A stretch of DNA of 64,000 bases, from the NCBI GenBank assembly GCA_013239625.1, contig MU053472.1, positions 2,515,822 through 2,579,821 of the forward strand. The letters run 5' to 3'. Each line of letters starts with the position of its first letter. The stretch's first letter is position 1. The DNA comes from Lama guanicoe (taxonomy: Eukaryota). The notes beneath the pieces were generated by a model. That model saw nothing but the letters and a program-made list of their open reading frames with translations. It was not told the DNA's origin and ran no database searches. This document shows positions 26,830 through 37,809 of the stretch, piece by piece. The position numbers were made by a program, and so were the translations under genes.

Positions 26830-28150
26830 GCTTGGTGTCCTATATTGACTTAACTGAGAGTCTTCATACTAAGCCATAGTATTGCAGAATTCCACCAGCC
26901 AACTGCAGCTGGGTGGCATCTACTGTCCAAGTCCTGTGCCTTTGGAAAAAAAACCACCTGACATAAACAATGGCAGAGGAGACGGAAGAGTTGCTTTAAC
27001 CTGCATTTGCTGGCACTGCCTGCCAAATTTCTACTTGCCTGCCTCTGCACCCCTTTCCTTCTGGCTCCAAGAGATCTAGGAAGGGTTAAATATATATATA
27101 TTCTTTTTTTTCTTTAAAAAAAATTCTTGGTTACAATTTTGGAAAACTGTTCAGCAGTAGCTACTAAAACCAAACACATGCATATACTTTCACCAAACAA
27201 TGCTACTCTTAGATATATACCCAACAGAAATGCATACACCTGTTCACCAAAGGATATATACAAGAATGCTCATAGCAGGACTATTCATAATAGCAAAAAA
27301 CTGGAAATAATCCAAATGTCCAACAGCAGTGGAATGAATAAAGAGAAGTATATTCATATAATACACTATATAATGATGAAAAAATACTACTGCAATGCAC
27401 AACATGAATGAATCTTACAAACACAGAAAAGCCACACACAAAAGAAGACATAATATATATTCCATGCATATGAAATTCTAAAACAGAAAAAAACAGATCA
27501 ATGTCGTTACAAGTCAGAAAAGTGGTTACCATAAGGGGAGTGGTAATCAGGTGGGGATATGAGAGGATTGGACACTGATAGTGTTTTGTTTCTTAATCTG
27601 AGTTCTGATTAAACTAGTGTGTTCACTTAGCAAAAATTCGTCCAGCTGTACACTTAAGATTCATGTATTTTCCTATATATGGTATATGTGAATGAAGTGA
27701 CAGAAAGAAAAACTTCCTTGCTTTCTCCTAAAAATGTAGTTGTGAAGGACACTCAAGGTTAGTGGCTGGGTAAATGGGGTTTCCTGTATTTCTACTAGCC
27801 ATTTTGGAAAGCCTGGCAATTCCTATTAACGTAAAAAAACTCCTACAGATTTCTCTGCTGTAATGGAAACATTCCCCACAACCTCCAAGTGAACATCACG
27901 ATGTTTGGCAGGATGTGATCAGTGGTATGGCACACAGCCAACACTATACAGGTTCCCAGGTGGAATGGAAGGAACATCACTGTGGGCCTCCAAGAAGGAT
28001 TCAGGGGGATGTTCTGGGATGAATTAACCAGGTTGGTTGGATAAGACAGCTTGCAGGCTGCAGAGCATGGGGTCATGGCAAATCTGGACAAGGGGTGAAG
28101 CTGGAATAGAGGACCGAGGAGATTATTTTAGTGAATTACCTAGCCAAAGA
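26830..28150 (-). mobile_element. Decayed chromovirus-like integrase C-terminus (GPY/F plus chromodomain), copy C, split by an old L1
   Basis: LHPLSRFA, AKHRDVHLEVVGNV 27868-27909, SKMASR.TG.PFT, ATNLECPSQLH. Then, beyond the L1: DLLEP, LPSPLP, LDSR 26919-26930, QLQ/WLVEF/YYG/EDS. Confidence 0.5.
27120..27700 (+). mobile_element. Old L1 (L1ME/MC-like) 3' region
   Basis: ggaaaactgttcagcagt...caaatgtccaacagcag...gctgtacacttaagattcatgtatttt. Confidence 0.8.
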
Positions 28151-29536
28151 CATGGGCAGAGCAGCAGAGGCTAGGTACAGGACACCAGGGTGGAAATGGA
28201 GACCATCGGGACAGCGCAAGTGGATTTGATAGAGGATGGAGCACGGGAATGAGCTGTGTGTAGGGCCCTCACAGTCTCCACAGATTGAGAAAGAACTGTG
28301 AAAGGGCTGTGCTGTTTAAAACAAAAATTCTATAATCTTTCCACTACTCTACCCAGCCTCCCTTTCTAGGCTCTTCGTTTGAGTGACATCCCTCGCTCAT
28401 ATCCTACCTCCAGGCTCTCCTTCTAGCTTCTAGGAATTTGGTTCCTTTAACATTTCTCAGACGTCTATGATTTGGGCATCTCCCACTGTTATGGGTGAGA
28501 AATTCCACACATTAACCAACAACCTCCTGACCCCTCCCAGGTCAACCATACCCCTCTCCTTCAGTCACCACCACCCTCCTGTGGGCTGGGGGAGGGGGAA
28601 TCCTTCAGAGAAAAAACAAGAGCAACTAGAAGCTAGCAAGCCTAATGCCTCAGAACTCAAGAGCATTCCTTTGCTGCTGGAGTCACAATATACCCTCTCT
28701 GATTCTGCCCCTGTTCTAGTCTATTCCCTTCCAGACTATGTTATTATACTTGGTAAACCCATGCAAACTGCCATGAGAGTCTTATAACAAAGTCCACTAG
28801 TGGCCATCTTCCACACCAGGAACTCCTCCAGGCCACAGTCCTTTCTGCCCCTTTTGCTCCTATTTATTAATTGGCTCCCCCTGCTTTCCCACCATATTGG
28901 CTCTACACCTTGGCCCCGCTCTAGGACAGTGAGAGTAATATGCACTCTCTCCTGGTCCCTCTAGGATACCACCCTACATGGCCACCTTTGTTCCATGTTA
29001 TCCTGTCAGGAGAGAGTAAGCAAAATTCCCTTGTTTCCATGGTACTACTTGCTGTTTACCTGGCTGTTTGATATTCTCTTTCCTAAAATGTTGCAGACTA
29101 AGATCTGAACCAACAGCAGTGATAAAGGGTAGTGGAAATCTGCCTTTTGGAAACTGATAAAGTAAGTTCAAATTTCTGGATCTATCACCTATTAGCTAGG
29201 AGACTTTGGACAAGTTACTTGACCTTTCTAAGCCTGTTTCCTCATTTGTGAAATAGTGATCTAGTCTTACAGAGTTGTAGGAAAGATTAAGTAACACTAT
29301 GTGAAGATAATGAAGTAACATTATGTGAGGCTTATATGAACTACTTAATAAATGCTTGTTGTTATTGTTGGAAGGTCTGTTATAAGATATCCTCCTTTCC
29401 AGTTACTGAATAGCGTTAAGGAGTTCAGCTGACCTGAAAAATAAAATGCATTTGCTGCGAAGTACACAAATGAATCCCTTTCTATGAGTGTCCACCAAGA
29501 GAGGCATAAACAATAAATTCATCAAAGAAGCACATT

Positions 29537-29829
29537 CTGGGTTACCGGGAGGAAAAGGCAGGGGAGGGATAGGTTGGGAGTTTGGGATTAATAGATATAC
29601 ATCACTATATATAAAATAGATAAATAACAAGGACCTACTGTATAGCAGAGAGAACTATATTCAGTTTCTTGTATTGAGCTGTAATGGAAAAGAATCTGAA
29701 ATATATATATATTTATACATATATATATATATATGTATGTATAACTGAATCACTTTGCTGTACACCTGAAACTAACACTGTAAATCGACTATACTTCCAT
29801 AAAAAATAAGAATTTTAAAAAATAATTTT
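29537..29829 (+). mobile_element. 5'-truncated L1 3' end with (TA)n
   Basis: L1 3'UTR and A-rich tail. TSD aaagaagcacatt (29524-29536) / aaaaaagcacatt (29830-29842). Confidence 0.85.
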
Positions 29830-30696
29830 AAAAAAGCACATTTGGAGGTGCAGAAGAATGCAATTCAAGAATACAAATTAAGCACCAAGATCACATTATA
29901 CATTAAAAAACACAAATATTTGGGGAAATGATAGAATCAAGAAAAAGTCACAGTCCTAATACACTGCTGATCTCAATAAATGGCTGTTGACTATGGAAGG
30001 GCCTAAGGGAAGTTGGCTCCAAAGAAGTCTATGTCCAGTCTACCTACACAGGATTCTAGAAAGAAATTGCGTGCACGTTGGATGTGGCAGCAGGCTGAAG
30101 CTGAGAGAACAAGGCAGTAATAAGAAGTGCAATGCTTTGAACAGCAATAAGACAAAGGCCAATTAATCCACAGAAGTCAAGAGTGAGTAAATAAATATCA
30201 GAGGGCAGAACCAGATAGGATGACCAAAGTACATGTAAACAATCTGCAGGGAGGAGAGCTGTTGAACAGACAAACAGCTGGCGTCGGAGAGGGTCACAGG
30301 CAATGTGGAAGAGGCAGAGTTGGAGGGAGAACACACAGTACCCAGACTCAGCAGAGAAGGACTCTCAATACGGAAGCAACACACTGTCTTAGCCTCAACA
30401 GCCATTAGTTTCCTTACCCTGGTGAGAATGCATCTGTAGCGAGCCTGGTCTGTAGTCTTGCTGGTAATAGTGACTGGTTGGTTAGGAGTGGGGGGTAAAA
30501 CTTGACAAAGTTCTCTGGAGAAGTATTTCAGGTCTATCTTCACTGCCCTTGGATATGCAGGATAAACACTGGATGCAGGTTTATCTGAGTGTCATTGATG
30601 GAAAAAGAGGACTTGACTAGATCGCAGATCTGATCAGTAAATCCCCACGGGCCGTCCTCAGGTCCACAACATTCCTAGATAAATAAAATGGCAGGA

Positions 30697-30813
30697 GGGG
30701 AGGGGATAGCTCAAGTGGTAGAGCACATGCTTAGCATGCATGAGGTCCTGGGTTCAATCTCCAGTACCTCCTCTAAAAATAAAGAAATAAACCTAATTAC
30801 CACCTCCCCCAAC
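30697..30813 (+). mobile_element. tRNA-derived SINE, camelid Vic-1 type
   Basis: A box TAGCTCAAGTGG, B box GGTTCAATCTCC, tRNA-Ala-like head. 16-bp TSD aaataaaatggcagga (30681-30696) / aaataaaatggtagga (30814-30829). Confidence 0.85.
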
Positions 30814-31382
30814 AAATAAAATGGTAGGATTACCCGTGGTCTCTTTCTGCGAAAAATATTTAGTGTGCCAAGTATAAAGAGTCTAAGAATGTCAATCTTA
30901 AAGCCCCTGAAGGAATCTTTTGTCTGGTGGTGTATCAATTTTTATATAGATGAGCTAAGTGCCACAGGAAATTTGGGAGGCCGAGTGACACTGTGAAAAG
31001 TACATGGGTTTTAGTGTCTGACAAATCTAGTTCGAATTCCAGCTTTACCACTTAACAGCTGTGTGACCGCACAAATTATTAGACCACTTTGAGTCTCAGC
31101 TTCCCCAACTATAAAATGGAGACAATATTTACTTGAAAGAGTTGTGAAAGTTAACTGAGTGAAACACGTGTTTCACTCTAGACACAGTGTAGCTAATGGG
31201 ACTCAATAGGTGGGAATTCTTTTTCCTTTCTGCTGCTTTTTAGTGAACAAAGCCATACCTTGTATTTGTTATTGTAAATTTCCCTCGATCTAGAAACCTG
31301 CTTGAACTTTTTAGACATTCTTACTGCTATCTGAATCCCAGATGTTCTGATAAGAACAGAAAAGAATTTGTAACTACAGTGT

Positions 31383-31918
31383 ATAACTGCAGAATAATTG
31401 CTTCTCAAAAATGTCCAAGTCCTAATCCATCTAACTTGTGACTATGCGAAATAAGTTTGCTACCTTACTTGGCAAAAGGGATTTTGCAGATGTGATTAAG
31501 TTAATGACCTTGAGATGGGGAGATTAATCTGGACTATCCAGGTGGGCCCCAAATGATCACAGGAGTCCTCAAAAGCAGTGAACTTCTTCCGGGTGAGGTC
31601 AGTCAGAGGGAGATGTGACTCTGGAGGGTCAGAGGGATGTGATGTAAAGAGGACTCAACTTCACCATTACTGCCTTTGAAAACGGGAGAAGGTACCATAA
31701 GCCAAGGAATGCAGGCATCCTGTAGAAGCTGGAAAAGGCTAGGAAACAAATTCTTCCCGAGAGCCTCCAGAAAGGAATGAAGCCCTGATGGTATCCTGAC
31801 TTTAGTCCAGTGGGGCCTGTGTTGAACTTCTAACCAACGGAACTGTAAGATAATAAATCTGTCATTTAAGCCACTAAAAGTGTGATCATTTGTTACAGCA
31901 GCAATAGAAACCAATATC
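31383..31918 (+). mobile_element. MLT1D-like MaLR solo LTR
   Basis: ggcaaaagggattttgcagatgtgattaag...gagcctccagaaaggaa...ttgttacagcagcaatagaaac. Confidence 0.85.
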
Positions 31919-31929
31919 TACAGGCACCA

Positions 31930-34555
31930 ATAATGGCTCAGGACCATGGGGATAATTGACAGCATGGCCGTCCAGTTAACCAATTGATGATTCATAATAA
32001 TCAAGCAGTAAATATTCACGCTATGATGAAAATGATCTTCATAACACCTCACAAATATTCTTCTGAAGTCAAATTACTTTTTCCTCTTAATCTTCCATTT
32101 TAAAAGGCAGATGTGGCCAAGCAGATCTGGCCGCCCTAGCCCAAGGGAGATAGGAGGGCTTTCTTGAAATGCAGGGTGAAAAAATAAGATATGGCTGGCA
32201 GGAATTGTAGACTGAGCCTCGGCTATGTTTCCACTCTGACTTCATGCATGTCAGGACATTTCTATAGGGGGCTGACCACAGAGGAAGAATGTGCTTCACG
32301 GCAAAAATAATAACTGAACTCCTCGGAGTTCAAGTGCTAGCCTCAGGATCCCCAAAGCAGAGACTTCCAAGAAGTGACAATTCACTCAAGTTACCTTTAC
32401 TAATAAATGATTTGTACAAAGATACATATTTTTGGAAACACAGGGAAGGATGAGCAATCAGGATCAGGAAGAACAGGAATAGGAGGGTGGCTATGGATTT
32501 AAGGTAGTTCCAAGACCTTAGCCACAGATTTTGTGAATCTTTACTCTTGAGTGACTCAGCCACTCCCACTGTGTCTGCCACACTCTCCACTCACTATTGC
32601 CTGGCTTTCTTAATTTACTCTGTGTGTCTTTTCTGCATCATAAGTTCTGCTTACTCATAACCTGGGTTACTCATAACTTGACTCAGTCAAACCTTTGACT
32701 CATTCAAGCTCTCTCCTGACTTCCCCAACTTCTCTTAACCTTATAGCCTTTCAGCTTTATTCGTGCATTTTTTCATTAATTTGAAAAATTCCTGTTGAGC
32801 TCCTACTGTGTGCCCCCATGCTGATTATTGTTCGGTCAGAGAGAGAAACATCAATCAAATAATCGTAACTTCAGGTGCTTCAGGTAGATTTTGATTGCCT
32901 CAGATAATTTGTTTAAAGCAGTCCCAGGGATTAGTTACTGGACGCTCTATGGCCTGAGTATCTGCTTTCAGGAGCAGCAGCAACAGGCTGTCATGTTTAT
33001 TACTAAGACACTCCCTCTTCTCCAACGTCCAGACAGAGCTGATTGGACTAAGAGTTGGCATTTGACCAAGGACAAGTAATGGAGTGGCTGGCCAGCAACC
33101 TGCAATTTAACCCAAATTATTAAGCTTCCCATAGAAGGAAGAAATTATAGTGTAGCAGACATACAGAGTTGATAAGTTTACTATTGGGGGATAAACCTTA
33201 CATTCCAGAGCAGTAATCTAAATGTGGAAAGACTTCATCTATAGGGAACTTTCTCATTTACAAGATGGAAAGTTAGAGGGCACTTATTTGATTCAGGGAC
33301 TCTGAGGAGGAAGCAGGGCAGAGGGCAGGAGTGGTTTTGAACATAACACAGGGCAGGGTTTGTCACTCAAATGATGGCCAGAGTGAGGCTTAGGGGAACT
33401 CTGCCAGGTTCCTTCCAAGGAAGGTGTCAGCCTTGGGTAGGAGCAAATCCATGCAGTGTGCTTCCCAGGGCTGGCTGGAAGAAGTGGCAGGAGCAAGAGG
33501 CCTTTGAATTCTCTGAGACAGTCCTCAGTCTGCGCCTGAGTGCCATAGGTTTCAACGTAGCGCTGGCTCTCATGCCAGATTCAGGGCCTTCGTGTTTTCA
33601 GTGAAATGTTTTAGACAAGCCATGGTATGCAAAGGCACCACAGCCACAACCATAGCATGTGACCTAGAGCTTCCCTGCTGGGACCCACAGATAGGCGTTT
33701 ATATGGAGAAAGTCAGATTGAGGGGCAGCGCCCTACATGGGTTGGCAACAAAGTTGGCATGGCTTAACTGGCTATAGGTGCTGTGTTGTGTTACTGATGT
33801 GGCTGGAAAAGAGGTAAATCCCAGGGGTATTGAATAGTAACAGCGTTCTCTAGAAGGCAGATTGACTAAAGGGCTGGTGGTTCCTGGGAGTTTGTGTATT
33901 TTGGGTTTTGGAACAGGATACTGGCACATTTGTTCTGCTGTCTGAAGATAAGCTTGATTTTGAAATAAAAACACACAGGGAACTAAAGTTCCTTTGATAC
34001 CGTCTGGTATTGTGTCCCAAACCTGACTTAGAGAGAAGTATTTGATGTTGGTCCATAGTTACTTGAGGTTATGACCGTACATGCTGACCCCAGCCACTGT
34101 CCTGGGACACAAGCAGGGGTCCAGGAACTGTAACTCTGCCATGAGCAGGAGAACAATAACCAACAAATAGGAGACACTGGCACTCACCCAGGAGTTGGGC
34201 AGAGATCGGCATGAAGAGTACTTCTGGAAGACCTCTGGCTACTAGAGACCACTGGCATCCACTCCCCCACTCTGCACTACTCTTTAGAGGCCAACTGGTT
34301 CAGCTTTCTTGTGTTACTGGTGGAAGTACTAAGGCCCAGAAAAGCCAAGTAACCTTGTACTTTAATTAATGGTTGAAGCAAGAACAGGACTCACGGGATG
34401 ATCTCTCTTTTAAACAAGGTCTGGTGGCGAACGATCACAGTGAGAGCGGAAAAGCAGACAATGAAACGTCTTAAGTATGAGCATCAGATTTACGTGCATG
34501 CTGAGAACCTATGTGTTCAGTGGTTTCCTAGAAAGTAGTGATAGTGTTGATAAAA
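31930..34555 (-). mobile_element. Decayed sushi-like Ty3/Gypsy pol (end of RT, RNase H, integrase, possible chromodomain), copy B
   Basis: Colinear motifs: AFLGL 34328-34345, VDAS 34251-34262, VTMDQ 34048-34062, CFYFKIKLIFRQQNKCASILFQNPKY 33896-33973, LWVPAG 33673-33690, HGLSKTFH 33601-33624, PWEAHCMD 33447-33470, KYVSLYK 32411-32431, LVNWT 31969-31983. Confidence 0.72.
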
Positions 34556-34599
34556 TTGGCCTAGATCCTCACTTAATCATCAAGTTGAGAAAGCCAGAA

Positions 34600-35570
34600 A
34601 TCTCAGTGGCCCTTGATCCCCAACCCATATCCAGTCTATCACCACGTCTTGCCAATACCATCTCCTGTCCATTTCGCTCCCTTTTCTTCATAACCGCTCT
34701 GGTCTGAGCTGCATCTTCTCTTGCTTCGACTTCTGACACAACTTTATGGTTTTGCCATATTTCCTCTGCCTCCAATCTACTTTCGTCACAGCAGCCAGTG
34801 GTCTTCCCCATCCTCTTTATTTATTTTTTATTAAATAAAAATATTTTACATTATATACTAAATAGAAAGTTAAATAAGAAATCTATTTCTTAGAGCACTT
34901 TTAGGTTTACAAAGAACTGAGCACACAGTACAGAGAGTTCCCTATAGCCCTCTCTACTCCACTCCAGCTTTTCCTATTATTAATATCTTTCGTTAGTGTG
35001 GCACATTTGTTACAATTGATGAACCAATGTTAATACACTATTATTAACTAAAGCCCATAGTTCATATTCTTTGTGCTATACAGTTAATGTGGATTTTGAC
35101 AAATGCATATTGTCATGCATCCATCAGGAGATATCATGCAGAACAGTGGTACTGCCCTGAAAAAGCCCCTAGGCTTCACGTATTCATCCCCTGAAAGGGA
35201 TCTTTTCCAAATGCAGATTTTACCCTGTCACTCCCCTCACTCAGCCTCACCTTGCACCTTCTCTTTATAGTTTTCTGTCTCCAACCACATAGACCTTTTT
35301 TGTTTCATTTCCTCAGACCACACTCCATTCTGCCTCAGAGTTTTGCTCATGCTTTTTCTTCTTCCTGAAATGCCCCTTTCTACCTCCCGGCTCCACCCTC
35401 AGGTCTTATCATGGTTTGTAATTATGTTCTATGTGTGTGGTTACTGGATTGGCGTCCTCTTGACTATGAGCTCCTCACTGGCTAAGATATGCCATTGTAG
35501 CCACAGTACCTGAAACATAACAGGTGTGGAATAAATATTTGCTGAATGATATAAATGAATAAATTAATAA
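34600..35570 (+). mobile_element. L2 fragments with a nested L1MC-like 3' end (~34880-35190, minus)
   Basis: L2-like atccagtctatcacc...cacagcagccag and terminal aataaatatttgctgaatga. Nested ttagagcacttttaggtttaca...cagagagttccc. Confidence 0.7.
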
Positions 35571-37677
35571 ATGAACAGAGTTTCCCTGATTGTGTGGAGC
35601 TTGGAAAGAGCAGTGAAGGTCTGCAATGATCGCAGGGGATGAAAGGGAAAGCTAATAGGAAACAAGTGAAAAGTTTTATCCAACAGGCTGAAAACACAGC
35701 TGAAAATCTGTAGATGCTTCAATCCATCAGATTGTGACAGAGGAGAGAGCTGAACGGGTAGTCATAGTAATAGTTTACATTTTCCACGGTGGAATTGTAC
35801 CAGCAGTGACAAAGTACAGGGTATGGCACAGGAGCACACTGAAATAAACTGGAGGTGAAGATGTTAAATTTGAAAGGTCAAGGGAGCTGGCCACTGAGTA
35901 GGGGTTCCACAGACTCAGCGAAATCCCCCTCCCCAGAGGATGAAGAAATAAGCCAGGCACTTAACAAAATGTGAGGGTATAAGCACGTTGGTAGATGACA
36001 GGAGAGATGGTTACTAGTTGAACAGCATGGATCTCAGTGGGGCAGGGTTTTCATGCCTGTTGCTGCTCAGAAGCAATGTCTAGCTTTGGGAGCAAAGAAT
36101 GTTGCTAGTGCCTCTCTCTGTGTGAGGCAAGGAGGAATAAATAGCTTCTACTTGAAAGGACTGCAGGGGAAGTGGTAACCTCAGGGGGAAGCCAGGTTTC
36201 AGTTCAGGCTACAAGGTGGTGGGAGATTAGCTAGGTTAGGTCTCTGGTTGCATGTAACAGAAATTAACTCTAGCTCTCTGCCGCCGGTGGTAGTGGAGGG
36301 TTGGGGGAGTAACCATCATGGGTGAGGAGAGGTGCTATGAAGGTCTTTGTGACCTGGGAAGATCCTCCAAGAGGTGTTCACTATAGATTGTTCCGTGAAG
36401 AAGTGGAGAAAGTAGAATTTGTTCACCGACAGGAGTTCCATACGACCAAAATAAATGTCTGGTCGGGTAAAGAGAAGCAGAAGTAGGGGGTTAGGGTGGT
36501 TTGTGGATTCCAAATTGTGGTGTCAGGAAGGTGGTATCTAGAACGGTAGCTAAAGGAGGAGCTGTACGCACACGGTGACAGTCGTCCCATCTGTCCATTG
36601 CCTGAACTCCTGTTCCATTCCAGATATCTGCCTGCTCCTGATTCATCGTCACCCACTGAATTTGAGTTTCTGACCTCCCCCACCTCATCCTCTCCTTTGC
36701 CCCAGGACATCTCTGAGATCTTCGCCCTGCCTCCAGACCCTCTACTGCCTCCTAAGAAGCTGCATTCTGGATTATTTCTTAAATTAACACTCAGTGTATG
36801 AGTCTGATGTGACCCAGCCTGCCTCTTGAGCCCTGTCAAGCCCCTATTTATCTTTTAATTTACAATATTAAATTGTAATTATCTTCATATGTCCTCTCCA
36901 GTTCTAATCTGAGTTTCTTCAGAACAGGGGCCATTTTTAAAAAATTCTCGTTTCTCCCCTCTAATGCTTAACACATTGCCTGTAACCCACAGAGGAATTA
37001 GTTTGTTGGATGAATGACTGACCGAATGAGTGAGTAAGTGGACTTTTTATCTACTATTGCCCTGTTCCTGTAGTCTAGAAATGTTGGACTCAAAGAGGTG
37101 GCCTCTCTGGTGAGACTCCTCCATTCTTGCCTACCCTTTTCCATGATTACTAATCTCCTGGCCTTGATTCGGTGCTTGCCAGACAGAGACCATCTGCTGG
37201 GATAGACAAATCCAGCTCATGGGACACCCTGTCCTGATTCTTCCTGGCCTGCCTTCTCTACATGCTTCCAGAATATGGGCCTGATACATACTGTTTTTTT
37301 CCATTTCCTAAAATGATACCTCTACAACATGGGTTGAGTCCCGATCCCCAAACACTTGGATTAGGGCCAGGATCACCTGGTTCATATTCCCCAGTCTGTC
37401 TTTTCCCACTCTCCACATTTCTATCATTCCTGCAGAGGGGACAGCCCGTATACATGTATAGAATGGTTGACAATTTACATGGCCATGACAGTCACTGAAA
37501 CCAGGAAAGTGACTACTTCTAGAATAGAAGGGAGATGGGATGAGATTAGGGACAGGCTACAGGTGCTTCAACTGTATAGATATTTTATTTCTGAAGATGG
37601 GTACATAAGCATTCACTATTCTTTATACCTTTTATAATTCTGAAATGTTTCCACTTAAAAATTTAGAATCAGAGGTA

Positions 37678-37809
37678 CAGTTGTCCCTCAGTATCTGCGG
37701 GTGATTGGGTCCAGGACCCTCCGTGGATACCAATATCCATGGATGTTCAAGCCCCACGGTCGGCCCTCTAGCCTTGGAAGCAAAATCCGTGGGCATGGAG
37801 GGCCGACTG
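37678..37809 (+). mobile_element. MER8-like Tigger MITE
   Basis: Begins TA-cagttgtccctcagtatc and ends ggagggccgactg (inverted termini). Confidence 0.8.

Noticed and set aside
26850..27050. Alternative reading as RNase H end (LCHCLC for FRHYLY; VDAT..WL)
   Set aside because: The chromodomain reading is more consistent with the upstream GPY/F motifs. The ambiguity shows the limits of by-eye alignment.
30163..30620. Minus-strand ORF with KIDLK and SDAS, resembling RT/RNase H words
   Set aside because: Spacing is too short for RT to RNase H and the intervening motifs are missing; probably chance.
30697..30772. Possible tRNA-Ala gene
   Set aside because: Has a SINE tail and TSD, a degenerate cloverleaf and no poly-T terminator; it is a SINE.
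33699..33974. ORF read initially as an integrase zinc finger (YLQTAEQMCQ...SIPLGF)
   Set aside because: A different frame gives a better, colinear RNase H C-terminal match, and the real integrase motifs lie further on at 33447-33690.
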